Assembly (NCBI GenBank): GCA_049999805.1
Contig: JBNGIO010006113.1
Coordinates: 1-64,000 of the forward strand
Direction: 5' to 3'
DNA: 64,000 bases
Source: Folioceros fuciformis
Taxonomy: Eukaryota
The translations under genes and the position numbers were made by a program. Under the pieces are notes generated by a model that saw nothing but the letters and a program-made list of their open reading frames with translations, was not told where the DNA came from and did not search any database. Position 1 is the first letter of the stretch. Every line of letters starts with the position of its first letter. This document shows positions 23,331 through 35,800 of this stretch, piece after piece.

Positions 23331-24790
23331 ATGGCCACAAGACAGTATTATGGCAAGTGGACCCCGTTTATGGACTCAACAAATTGAAATTGGTGCATTT
23401 GCAGTGATTGTTTGTACCAGGAGCTCCCGCTCACGTCATTGGAGGGAGTGAACCGGTGGCACACAATCTAGCTCCCAGCTGCAGCGGGATAAGGAATCCG
23501 TCAAGTCCAATTCCCAGAAAGTTTGTGGATGAGGAGGCGTTTCCAGCTGTGGTCGTCGCCAGGAGCAGGAGCAGTAGCAGCAGCATTTGCTGCACTTGCA
23601 CTTGCAGGAGCAGTTGCAACTTGGATATGAGTCAGCTGCGTACTTTGGGGACCATGGGTTGCGGAATGTATGCATCTAGAGGTGTGCCAGAGGAGGCCAT
23701 ATGGATGTGTTCACCAGGCTAGGCAAAGCACATGTTTCCCCATGCTCTTCCATCATCTCTGCATATGCTAAGCATGAGAAACCATGTTATGGAGGCCTTC
23801 CGATTGGACCATGACATGTGTAGGTGAGGAATAAAGGCGGATGCTCACGCCTTTGTAGCTGTCATTCACCTTTGAATGCGGTAGAAAAGTGCACGCTGAT
23901 GTCATGTGTTGGACACCGGAATTCCTCCTCCTCATTTGTTTGTTGGCAACTGCCTGGTGGACATGTATGCTAATTGTTGACAGCTGGGTATGCCCAGAAA
24001 GGCCTGGGACATGAGGCACTCGTTCTGTGTTGACTGGAGCTAGAAGGCTTGGTTCTGGCTGACGATGGTCACCTTACTTTTTGCAGGTCTGTGCACAAGC
24101 ACTGGTGCCTGGATATGAGGTGCTTGCTGTGTCCGGACAGATGTTGCAGGAGAGGAGAGCCTTCTTTTGGCTAACCGTGCGGCTCTTGCCTGCCTTGTGA
24201 GGGCCTGTGGAAGCACTGGTGCCTTGGAGGGGGGCAGGGAGCTGCACGCGATGATTGTGTCAGAAGAGTATTGTTGGATGATAGTGGTGGGCACCTCCGT
24301 GGGCGGCATTCGTGCAAAGTGTGTTGAACCGGAATGAATGATGCACGCCAGCGTTTCGACAGCTTGACCTGACCACAAAGGATGTGGCGATATGGAATGA
24401 CTTGATTTGTGGGTATGCAGGGCAAGGACTGAACCAAGAGGGGCCCCCTTATTGTGTGGGGACACATGGAGGAGTCGGGCTATATTCTGGCCGACCATGT
24501 TACCTTTCCTTGCCTTGTGAGGGCTTGTGGAAAGTATTCGTGCCTCACAGAAGGGCCAACTGCTGCACTCGCTGATAGTCGGAAAGTGACTGCTGGAAGA
24601 TGTAGTGGTGGGTAGCTGCCTGGTGGACGTGTACGCACAATCGTTACGCTGCGAACTAGAAGATGCACGCCTGCCAGGTTTTGAGGCTGCATGAACGCGA
24701 AGAATGTTGTGACATGTACCAGCAGCCCTGCCCTGATATGCTGGTATGGTTCTTGTGCTCAATGTCACAGGGCACTGCATACACATGTAG
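23331..24790 (+). pseudogene. Heavily decayed paralogue of the PPR cluster family (leader plus PPR remnants)
   Basis: DNA resembles the family leader (GGACCCCGTTTATGGACTCAACAA...GGAGCTCCCGCTCAC) and PPR motifs (GAGGCCATATGGATGTGTTCACCAGG, GGCAACTGCCTGGTGGACATGTATGC); no open frame. Confidence 0.75.
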
Positions 24791-26726
24791 CTTGTTTGAA
24801 GGAGAGGTTACATGCTGACTGAGCCTGGTACCAATTCAGCCTGATGATTGCCTCTTTTGGGTCGCGTTTTATTGGCATGCAGTTAATTACTGTAGGAGGG
24901 CCTAGTCGACGAGAGTGTGAGAAGCGCAAGTGAGCAAGTCCCACCGTTTGCTTCTGCGGGCCCACTGGTTAAAATGCGGCGCCAGCCCACCGCCGACTTC
25001 TCTACATTTAGGGTTAGGGCGTGTGCTACTTTTCAGGGGTTAGGGTGTCTGCTTTTGGCTTCTCAAAAGCCTGCGGGGTTGCGAGCAATGCAGGCTAATG
25101 AAAGTCCCCGTCCGCCGGGGAAAATTGTTGTCTACCCCCCAGAGCAGTTGGTTCTGGAGGCTTGTTGAGACTGTGCGGCCGACCTGTTGTTTTTGATTTG
25201 TCGTTGGAGGGGTGTAGCATGCGCCTTTTGTGCGCGTCTGGCCGTGAAGGCTGTTCCGTTTTCTGCTCCATATCTGGTGATGTTTGTACGTATCAAAGAA
25301 ACTACCGACGTCCCTGCGGACTGCTGTGGAAATCTCATGCTGAAGGCCATAGGCCCATCTCCGCTTGTGTGCTGGGGAAGCACGTAATCCTTTGTCTGTT
25401 GCCTACCTGTTACTTTATTGTGGCTGACTGAATGTCGTGGAAGGCACGGCACAACCTGGCTAGGCTGTGATTAAGTGGTCATTTCAGCATGGCAGAGGTA
25501 AAGATTACCACGGGGGGTTCAGGCTGTGTGGCTGTCGGACGAGCTGATGACTGAGTCGTGGTAATACCCGTCTGAAACGTGTGATAGGAGTCTTGCAGGT
25601 AGGACGCAGGTCAGTAATCACTCATTTGTTTGAGAGCTAGAAAAGTGTGTGATGTGTGACAACCAATATATCGTCTTGAGGCTCCTTCCTATTGCGCACT
25701 GCAGCATCGGTTTGGGTTGAGTGGTGAAGTCTTTGTTTGAAGGTTGCAAAGCTGTCCCTCTCACTGTGGAGGGTCATGGACGTGATGACAATTGTATCTG
25801 ATTTGCAGTGATGCCGAATTACAGACTACAATTCCCTGATCCATTTGGCTGCCTTGGCTTGGCAACGAATGTGTCTTTCCTGTGCTGCTGTTAATGCTCG
25901 TCGGGAACCGACGTGTCCTCGCGATGGGGGCTGCAGCACTGTACTTTGTGCTTGATGGAGGCTTGGCGGCGGTCGGGGCAACCTGAACTTGTTTCCGACC
26001 GTGTGGGATTGCGGATGCGGAGGTGTGATGGGATTCCCACTCTTGAATGTGGACTCGTGGTGGGACTCGGATTCGGATTCGGATTCCATGGGTTTAGATT
26101 AGAGGGGAAAGGAAAGAGGACTGAACCCTAAAACGACCAACACAGGCCTATATCAGAGCACAGCGAGGGAACAAAGGACAAGAAACGGAGAGTATTCGGG
26201 ACTTTCCGGGAGGTTCCTCATTCCATTCCATCCCATCCCAGTACAGGAACATTTAACCCAACGCTAGACTCAGGGCCACTTCGCATGAGTCTCAACACGG
26301 ACCCGGCATCTAACCCAACACAAGCCTAGTGCTCCTAAAGGCCGAGGCCGAGGTCGCGTGCAGAGGTTAGAGTTGCAATGCAGCACTTGGAGTTGCGAGT
26401 CGCCCTTCCGACCGTCGCAAAGCGAAAATTAAGGCCGTACCGATGCATCCTGACGGTCAACAGTGAAGGATTCCGTAATGGAGCCTCGGCCATTTGTAGT
26501 CCAATTCCAAGTTGAGGCCCAGGCAAGTCTAGGGGCGGTCGCGTCCCTTGGATGGGAAATGGGAATTTTGTGACCAAGGTGCTCAGCAGCGCCCGCTCTC
26601 TTCTACTGATCTGTATTGGAGGATTTGGCTGGGCAGTGGTCATGTGAGAGAGGAGATCGGAGCAAGGGAGAAGGGAACATATCGTATGTGTTGTCGCACC
26701 CATCACATCGCATCGGTGGTCTGGAA

Positions 26727-28952
26727 ATGGTGGATGTTCGAAAGGCCAGCAGCACTTCCAGGCGCAGCAGCAGCAGCAGCACATCACCAGCCGAGGACAA
26801 GGGTTCCGGAGAAGAAGCGTCGTCAGCCGTGTACCCTGTCAAACGCTTGTCCACGCTCTCCAAGCGGGCTTCTCAGCACAATCCAGTGGACGCAGGGAAT
26901 CCAGTGACCGGGGCCGTCGTCAGCCAGAAGCGGCCATCTAAAGGTGGCTCTTCAGCACGGTCGGAAGCCGATAATGCCCAGGAGTCTGCTGCGGCTGCGG
27001 CTGCTACCATTGCTGCAGCCGAAGTTGCCCGGCTCACAAAGGAAATCGCTTCCCTGAAGCAGGAGGCCCAACAAAGGTGCGCGGACTTGTCCACCCTGCA
27101 GCTCAAAGTGGACGAAAGAAGCGAAGAGGTGGCCACCTTGGAACTTAAAGTTGATGAGGCCAACCGGGAAGTCGGCAAGCTGAGGCAGCAGGTGGCAGAC
27201 AGGGACCAGGAGCTTGTCATTCTGCAGCAGGCCATCGGCAAGGAGGATTCAGCCAAGCCGTTGTTGGCGGTGAAGGGAGCGGAGGATGGCACTCCAGCCC
27301 TGAACTATAGTGGCGACGCACAAGATTCAACTGCGCAGTTTTTCGTTTCCCTGGAGGAATGCCTGAAATGCAGGGAATGCGGGAGGCCCAACCTGTACAC
27401 GGACAAGGACCATCCCTTGCTGCGGGCAGCCGAGGACTCCAACTGGTTGTCGGACGAACTGGAAATTTTGAGCCACAACAAGCAACTGTACCTGGAGATG
27501 GAACAGAGGCTGGTGCACATCAAGGAGCAGCTGGGAGCGCCGGATGACCAGCATGATGAATCCAAGCAGGAGCAGGAGCAGGAGCAGGGGCAGGAGCAGG
27601 GGCAGGAGCAGGGGCAGGAGCAGGGGCAGGAGCAGCGGCATCAGAAGCAGAAGCAGCCCTTCTTCCAGCCCATGCCCGGGACGGACAGCGCCAGCTTCTA
27701 CAAAGCTCGAGGGGTGGACCCGGCCAAGTGGAAGCAAGAACGCAACTTCTCCAAGGGAAAGAGAGGTAAGTCATTCCACTGTGCCCTCATTTTCACCGAT
27801 TGCACGCAAGTGGTGGACGTGAGCAACCCCCCCGCCGGGCTGGCCATCGAGGACATCCCCTTCTTCATGCACTCCGATATAGACCAGTTTTTGGTAGCCA
27901 GGGGGCTGCGACAGTTCGATGCCGGCGTGTACGACTGGTTCGTGGTCCCCGGGCTGCCCCTGGACCGGGAGGCCAGCAGCTTGGAAAAGGTGAGCAACGC
28001 GGCCATCGTCATCCAGCCTAAGGACCGCAACACCTTCTGGCACAAGAAGACGCTGCACTCTCAGCTCCGCCACTCCCTCAAGTACCTGGGCGACAAGACG
28101 GGCCAGCTGCTGCATCGCCTGCGGGTGCACGAGAACTGCATGGAGGCCCTTTGGCAAGAACGCTCCTACTTGACGAAAGAAGTGCTGAGCCGGCAGCTGT
28201 GGCCGGCGGATGCCAAGAGCGAGAAGGGAGCCAAGGGTTTGGTGGCCGGGATGGTAGCAGGCCTGAGGAAGGACGTGGTAGCGAAGGAGGAGGAGGTTCG
28301 CAGGCTGGAGGCTAGGTTGCAGGCGGCGGAGAAACGGGAGGAGCAGCAAGGAGCGGCGTTACACGAGGCCAAGACGCTCATGGGCAAGAAGGACGAAGCC
28401 CTATCGTACTACAACCACGCCCTCCAGACATGCCGAGGTCAGGTGAAGACGATCCAGAGCAAGAGCGAGGCGACCGAGTGTCACCTGTGGGCTCTCCGCC
28501 ACAAGGTTGCAGTGTTGGCGGAGCCCATGTGCAAGATCTGGGTGCGGACGTTCCTGGACTCGGTTCGCAGGCAGATCGGGCAGGAGCTGTGTGCCGCGTT
28601 CGCAGAGGTAGTTCCTTTCCAGGAGGCGTTGTCCAGCCCGCATTGTGGCAAGAACTGGAATGCCACCTTGTTTCAGATGTACCAGACTCCGGATGCCTGC
28701 GCACTCCTAGCTTCCAAGGGCCTGCACCGGGAACTCCTGGAGCTGACCCGGGTGGGTGGCCAGTACACGGACGGCCACCAGACGTTGCAGCAATTGGGAA
28801 ACGTGGCCTCCACCAGCGCCCGCAAGGCGGAGGTCGCAGAAGCCATCTGTAGCTTAGATGTGCCCGAGGCGTACCGCCACGCACTAAGGCAGCTCTACTC
28901 CTACGTCTACGGCCCCGATAGCGATGTCCAACACGATCGTCTGGGGTTCTGA
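26727..28952 (+). CDS. Intronless protein of unknown function (about 741 aa from the first ATG; frame open from 26616) with two coiled-coil regions, (EQGQ)n repeats and a CxxCxxC motif
   Basis: 2.3-kb uninterrupted ORF with GC-rich third positions; heptad-like stretches; no family recognised with confidence. Confidence 0.75.
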   Translation: MVDVRKASSTSRRSSSSSTSPAEDKGSGEEASSAVYPVKRLSTLSKRASQHNPVDAGNPVTGAVVSQKRPSKGGSSARSEADNAQESAAAAAATIAAAEVARLTKEIASLKQEAQQRCADLSTLQLKVDERSEEVATLELKVDEANREVGKLRQQVADRDQELVILQQAIGKEDSAKPLLAVKGAEDGTPALNYSGDAQDSTAQFFVSLEECLKCRECGRPNLYTDKDHPLLRAAEDSNWLSDELEILSHNKQLYLEMEQRLVHIKEQLGAPDDQHDESKQEQEQEQGQEQGQEQGQEQGQEQRHQKQKQPFFQPMPGTDSASFYKARGVDPAKWKQERNFSKGKRGKSFHCALIFTDCTQVVDVSNPPAGLAIEDIPFFMHSDIDQFLVARGLRQFDAGVYDWFVVPGLPLDREASSLEKVSNAAIVIQPKDRNTFWHKKTLHSQLRHSLKYLGDKTGQLLHRLRVHENCMEALWQERSYLTKEVLSRQLWPADAKSEKGAKGLVAGMVAGLRKDVVAKEEEVRRLEARLQAAEKREEQQGAALHEAKTLMGKKDEALSYYNHALQTCRGQVKTIQSKSEATECHLWALRHKVAVLAEPMCKIWVRTFLDSVRRQIGQELCAAFAEVVPFQEALSSPHCGKNWNATLFQMYQTPDACALLASKGLHRELLELTRVGGQYTDGHQTLQQLGNVASTSARKAEVAEAICSLDVPEAYRHALRQLYSYVYGPDSDVQHDRLGF

Positions 28953-29299
28953 CACCCGCATCGTTCTCGTACACTCGAATGAGTGACTCGTTGAGAGTGT
29001 CATACCAGTCATGAATCGCGGGACAATGACTGGAGGAAAAGAAAAAAACGATGTACAAGGAGAAGAGGCAGCGTGAGAGATCCAAACTCTCGGGCTCCGG
29101 CTCGGGCTCGGGCTCCAGGCTCGGTGGCGCTGTGCGCCCATACGCTCGCTTAGCTGGTAGTCGTCACTTGCACTCGCACGAACCACTCACTCACATAAGC
29201 TGCTGCTGCTTATATGGAAGGAAGGCATTACGGTAGCGGTAGGCAAAGCAAACTCCATATCAGTGCCACTGCAGATTCAACTCCGGGCAATGCACACAA

Positions 29300-30345
29300 G
29301 GAAGGAAGGAAGGAAGGAAGGAAGAAATGAAGGAAGGAAGGAAGGCGTCGTGTTATCATTAAGCGAAGCTTTCTTTCATATGGCTTAGGATTTTAGACAG
29401 CATCCATGAACACGATGAGTGTAGTGACGTGGGTGGACGGCGCTCATTGCTGGGGGTAGGAGGTAGAGAAAGGAGTCGGAGTCGGAGTCGGAGTCGGCGT
29501 CGGACAGGGAGGATGTGGTGGTGGGGTATGGACAACTGTAGAGAGCAAGAGGGCTGGCCTCTACTTTGGCTAGCGATGTCACTTTTGCTTGCGTAGCCTG
29601 TGCTGTGCAGCCTGCTGAAAGCACTGGAGTCTCTGGGCCTCATATCCCATACAAAGAAGGGCAGTCAGTAACTTGGGGGCGTTGGGAGTTCAACGCTAAC
29701 ACAATTCTGGCTCTGGCCACCGCCACCGCCACCGCTTCGATGCTGCATGAGGGGGAGGGGGGGAGTCACCATGCTATGCTATGCTATGCTATGGTCAAGT
29801 GATGGGCAAGAGCATAGAGAGAGGTATGTAGTGTAGTGTACATGTAGACGGAGTGACCGTGGAGGCCGGGCCTGGCCGGGCCGTGCGGACGGACACACGT
29901 GCCGGCCTTAATGGGCCATCGGGTATCCCATTTGCAAGCAAAGCAAGCACATGACCTAGTGGTATACTGTATATAGCTCCTGCCGCAACTTGCGTAAGGG
30001 CTTATCTCTCATTGGGTGAGCACAGATCAGTTCAGCGGAGCGGATGATGGATACCTGCAGAGGCTGCAGAGGCTAGGGAAGGGTAGGAGACGACTTGGTG
30101 GCCAAGGAATCAAGCGTGGCCTCTACTCCCTCCTACCTTACTGGATGAAAGTCCGCCTCAACTGTACCCTTTCCTTCCACGACACGGCCTACACTTTACT
30201 ACTGTATGAAGCGTAGGTTCTCGAGAATGTAACTTACAACGTGTTTCTGTCATGAAGATACCAGGGTGTGAGAGCCTCCTCACGAGTGTGGCTCGGCTCG
30301 ACTCCTCTCGGCTCCGCTCGGCTCGGCTCGGCTCGGCTCGGCTCT
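29300..30345. repeat. Microsatellite-rich intergenic region: (GAAG)n, (GGAGTC)n, (ATGCT)n, (GGCTC)n
   Basis: Simple repeats visible near 29300-29345, 29472-29496, 29771-29792 and 30290-30344. Confidence 0.8.
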
Positions 30346-30434
30346 GACTACGGATCACAAGCTGCACGCGCGTGTCGTCACTCCCATCTCCAAGGTTTAC
30401 AGCTGTGAGTGACTAATCGGATCCACCATCCAAC

Positions 30435-31726
30435 ATGGGGAGATCTGGCTTCGGACCAGATAATGGCGGCCAGCCCAACTTCCACTCACAGGGCGCCCCT
30501 GATGAAGCCAACTTCCAGCAGCAGCAGCAGCAGCATCCGCCGCTCTATGGACCTCCACAACAGCAGGCTTATGGGATCCCAGGGCAGCCTCAGCAGCAGC
30601 AGCCGCAGCCGCAGCCGCAGCCGCCGCCTTTGTATGGCGTGCAACACCAACCTCACTACGTCCCCCCATTCCAGCCTGTTCCTTACCCCCACCCACAGCA
30701 CCAAGCTCAGGTTCCGCCTTATTACTACCATCCGCAACCAGGGCTGCTGCCGCCCTCGCCCCCGCCCCCGCCCCCGCCCCCCCCCAATGCTCCCTATTCT
30801 CGGCCAGGGCCTCCCAACCCTTACGTACAGCAGCAGTACTGGACATCCGGCATCTTCGACTGCTTCAAGGATATGCAATCTTGTCAGTCTCCAAGAATCA
30901 CTAACTGCTAGGGTCTCTCTTCTCGTGTGACTGTGTGGTGTTGTGCGCAATTGGGTGTTGGTGGAGGAGCCTCATTAAGATGGAATACAAGTCATCCATC
31001 CCATGTCGCTTCCCACACTGTCCAACACATGATCCCCAGGCCTACGTTTCTGCCTTCCTCACCACCGCCTATCGTTTGCTATTGCTGCGCAGGTATCATC
31101 ACCTTCCTCATCCCTTGCATCACGTACGGACAAATCGCAGAAATTCTTGACCAAGGCACCACGGGTAAAAGCAGCTCACCCTCCTCCTCCTTCACCTCAT
31201 TCTCATCCTCACTCACTACGTTCAGCCTCCTCTTTCGTCTCCCACAAACTTGCACAACTTGCTCACACGGAATTTGATGGGTGTTTGGATCATGTGCAGG
31301 CTGTGTCCATAGCGGACTCATGTACTTCCTCATCCTCTCCTGCTTTGGCGTCCCCTGCTTCTACTCCTACACAGCGCGAAGCAAGCTTCGGTACAGGTAC
31401 TCGCTGCCGGAGGATCCCATGAGTGATCTGTGCACGCATGTCTTCTGCGAGGTGTGTGCGCTCTGTCAGGAGTACCGGGAGCTTAAGAATCGCGGCATGG
31501 ACCCTGCAATAGGTGCGTCACACGGCTCTAATTTCTCTGTCTCCAACTTGCAATTGCCGATTGCCCTTGCTGTCCCCAGGCCTCCGTGCCACGCTTGCTT
31601 TTGTAGTGATCGCTTCATGATTGTGTGTGCCCGGCCTGCGCATGCGCAGGCTGGACTGCCAATCAAATCAAGCAAAACCGAGAGATTATGATGATGGCTC
31701 CAACAGCGCCAACCATGGCCAGGTGA
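30435..31726 (+). CDS. PLAC8-family protein (Plant Cadmium Resistance / Cell Number Regulator-like); exons 30435-30882, 31093-31164, 31300-31512, 31650-31726
   Basis: GT-AG introns join WTSGIFDCFKD / CIITFLIPCITYGQIAEILDQG / RSKLRYRYSLPEDP..D.CTHVFCEVCALCQEYRELKNRG.DPAIGW in frame; Q/P/Y-rich N-terminus. Confidence 0.92.
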
Positions 31727-32885
31727 CCCTCGTGCATTCCCTCGACTTTCAAATCGGCCGAGGTTCTGGTCCTGCCAGGCTGTCCTGTTGCAACTTGCGC
31801 CAGCAACGTATACACTCCTTCACACCCAAGACCCAGACCCAGACCCAGACAGCCGCCAGCCGCCAAGCTGTTTGTTGCTCGCAGCCACTTCATGTCAGCG
31901 TAAGGAATCCTCCACATATTACCACACGATGGACTGGACACTAGTTTACCCACTGCGTGCCTATGTACTGTCAGGAAACTATGGGCAGTGCTTTTGAATT
32001 GAAGAGATGTGCCTGAGGGCCGAGCTGGTGACTTCAGTCATCATCAGCCTCGATTGTCCGGATCCAGTGGCGACATGTTCTCCAGGGCTATCCATTCCAA
32101 TCGTTAATTTTGGGAAGGCTACCTGCACTTAATGGCAGCACTTGTTTTGAAGACGTGGAAGGACTATGAGATGGGGGCTCCTCACAATTGTGTAACCTTG
32201 CTCTTGGGCTTCTATGTGTGCGCCTATCAATCAGAGTCTGATCTCGTCATGATAGTGTCTAGGTGTGAGTTGTTTGTGGAGGATGGATGTGGTACTGGCT
32301 GTTGCTTGTGGGCCAGGCAGTTTCTAGGGGCACAAGCACCACTCTCACACCTTGGCATGCGGGTCACCAAATTGTCCGGATCCTCACCTTGCTCGTCTGC
32401 TGCGTACTCTATGCAGCGGACCCGGAGCAGTCCATCTGTGAGTCGGCTATTTGTCCGTTGTCGTTCCTGGTGTGTGTTTTCCTTGTACAGTATCTGACAG
32501 TAGAAATCCGCCAAGCTGCAAGTCAGCCACCGTCCCTGGGCTCGCTTCCTGAAAGAAAAGCTTATGGGTTTCGTATGTCATCAGCGTGCTGGGGGCCTGG
32601 CCACAGGACGACGACTCCAGCAGTTTTCGGCCTAACGTCCGGATCCTCCTGTGATGAGATCCAAGGAAGACTTGTGGACCTGTCTCTGCAGTTTTTCCTC
32701 CACAATTGCGAGGCGTTTCACAAATGAATGTAGGATTCGTTACCCTGTCCTCGGTCACGATTCACGAGTCGGCGGCATTCGGATCCTACATTTTCCTCTC
32801 TCCCAGTGCTGTGATGAGGCACTTGTGGTCTGGGCTCGCTTGCCACAATGTCGGTAGTTGCTGGGTGTGATCCCTCCCTCCATCG

Positions 32886-35800
32886 TTGTGTGGGACCTCG
32901 GGGAACCGGATGGTACTTCTGTTCGCACTCGACGACGGTTCGGTTCGCGTGGCATCGAGTTGGTCAGCGCCATGGCTGTCTGGCGAGCTGTTGCAACCGG
33001 CCAGTGGGGGGAACGAGCGCATCTTCCTGACTCTCAGGAACCAAGTTTTTGGGTGCAGATTTCTCTTCGCACACAAGCAGCCAGCTAGTGTGGATGTGCG
33101 GCGTGCTGCTCCGCATATGAGGGTGGGTGGTTCTGCTTCCCACAGAGGCTTACTGGTTGCTGCTGTCCTTGTGAGCCCCGCGCCACCAGATGATGGGCGT
33201 GTAACCCCGGACACCGTGAGCAAGCTGTGTGGTGAGGGAAATCTCGCTGGGGCTGTTGAGGGTTTGGGACTTCTGGTGCAGACAACAGAATGTCGCGTTT
33301 CCAAATTTCTTTTCTATGCTGTACTCAAGGAATGTGTGGTCAGCAAGGATCTTGCTGGAGGTCGTCGTGTGCATGCCCTGGCAGTGATGGAGGGGTACCA
33401 CTCGGACATGTTCGTGGCCAACCACATACTTCGAATGTATGCCTCTCTCGGCAGCTTGCAAGAGGCGATGGATGTGTTCACCGCGGTTCCCCAACCAGAT
33501 ACCTTTATCTGGTATTCCATCATTTCCGCCCATGTCAAACACGGGCTAAACAAGCAGGCCATAGAGCTGTATCATCGGATGCGCAGGTTGGGTATGAAGC
33601 CAGATGGTAGCCATGTGTTTGTGGCAGCCCTGCAGGCTTGCGCAAGGGGTTCAGACTTGCAAGCTGGCCAGCAGGTGCATGCTGATGTTGTGACCAGTGG
33701 AGTGGAGCTGGATTTGTTTGTCTGCACTTGCCTGGTGGACATGTACGCAAAGTGTGGCAGCTTGGAGGATGCTCGGGGCGTGTTCGACGGACTCGGTCGG
33801 AAGAATGTGGTGACGTGGAATGCCATCATAGCAGGGTATTCACAGCACGGCAGGGGGCAGGAAGCCCTCCGTCTGTACCGGGCTATGCAAGATGAGGGCA
33901 TCGTGGAGCCCAACGCGGTGACATTTTTGTGCCTTTTGCAGGCATGTACGAGTGTAGGAACCCCAGCTCTGGAGTACGGCAAGCAGCTTCATGCACAAAT
34001 CGAGGCACTAGGACATCAAGCTGATGCGTTTGTCGCCAGTAGTTTGGTGAACATGTATGCGAAGTGCGGCAGCTTGGGAGAGGCTTACCGAGTGTTTAAC
34101 GGACTTCGTACGAAAGATGTTGTGACATGGAATGCCATGATCGCAGGGTATTCTCAGCAGGGCATGGGGCAGGAAGCCCTTCAGCTGTACAGGGTCATGC
34201 AGGATGACGGTATTGTTGCGCCCAACGCTGTGACATTCGTGTGCCTCCTGCAGGCATGTGCAAGCGTTGGCAGCCCTGCTCTGAGAAACGGGAAGCAACT
34301 TCATGCTCAAATCAGAGAATGCGGACATGAGGCTGACGTGTTTGTAGCCAACAGTTTAGTAAACATGTATGCGAAGTGTGACAACTTGGAGGCTGCTCAG
34401 AGACTGTTTGATGACCTTAGTGAAAAAGATGTGGTGACATGGACTGCGATGATAGCTGGCTATTCCCAACAGGGCATGGGCCAGGAAGCCCTTCATCTCT
34501 ACAGGGCTATGCAAGCAGAAGGCATCGCTGTGCCTGATCCGGTCACATTTGTGTGCCTTGTCCAGGCATGTGCAAGTGTCGGCTCTGTGGCGCTAGAGAC
34601 AGGGAAGCAGCTCCACGAGCAGATTAAAGAGCATGGACACCAAGCTGATGTGTTTTTAGCTAGCAGTTTGGTCAACATGTACGCCAAGTGTGGCAGTTTG
34701 CAAGATGCTCAGGGTCTGTTTGAGGAAATTGATGAAAAAACCGTGGTCACATGGACTGCCATGATATCCGGATATTCCCAACAGGGAATGGGCCAGGAAG
34801 CCCTTCGTCTTTATGGCGCTATGCAAGAGGAAGGCATCACTGTGCCTGATTCGGTTACATTTGTGTGCCTCCTGAGGGCATGTGCTATCGTGGGGACTAC
34901 GGCTTTGGAGAAGGGGAGGCAGCTCCACGCACAAATTAGAGAACAAGGACTTCAAACTGATGTGTTTGTCGCCAATAGTTTGGTGAACATGTATGCGAAG
35001 TGTGCAAGCTTGGCGGATGCTCGGGGTGTGTTTGATGGACTTGGTCATAAAGACGTTGTAACATGGAATGCAATGATAGCAGCATATTCCCAGCAGGGCA
35101 TGGGCCAGGAAGCTCTTCGGCTGCACACTTCTATGCAACAAGAAGGCATCGTTGTGCCAGATTCTGTGACCTTGGTGACCCTCCTGCAGGCCTGTACAAG
35201 TGTTGGCACCACGTCACTGGAGAAAGGGAAGCAGCTTCATGCGCAAATACGTGAAGAAGGCCTTGAAACTAATGTGTTTGTTGCCAGCAGTCTGGTAAGT
35301 ATGTATGCAAAGTGTGGCAGCTTGGACGATGCGCAGAGTGTGTTTGATGGACTTGGTGAGAAAGATGTGGCGACGTGGAATGCCATGATAGCAGGATATT
35401 CGCAGCAGGGAATGGGTCAGGAAGCCCTTCGTCTGTACGGTTGTATGCGAGAAGGAGGAATGACATTGCCTGATCCCCTGACATTTTTGTGCCTCCTGCA
35501 GGCATGTGCAAATGTTGCAGCTCTGCATCTGGGAAGACAGTTGCATGCCCAGATTGTGGAACAAGGGTGTCAAGCTGATACGTTTGTGGCCAACAGCTTG
35601 GTAGACATGTATGCAAAGTGTGGCAGCATGGTTGATGCCCAGCAAGTGTTTGATGCTCTGTGCCGAAAGGATGTTCTGGCCTGGAACGCACTGATTGCAG
35701 GCTACACCTGTCAAGGAGACGGCGACTTGGTTTTTGACCTTGTCCATCAGATGGTAGAAGATGGCGTAATGCCAGACAGGGTCACGTTCCTTTGTGTACT

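Noticed and set aside
25826-26089. 87-aa minus-strand ORF divergent from the orphan gene
   Set aside because: Low complexity with no homology recognised; cannot be supported without transcript data.
26873-29085. Multiple overlapping ORFs within the orphan gene
   Set aside because: Expected from high GC content and repeats in the main ORF.
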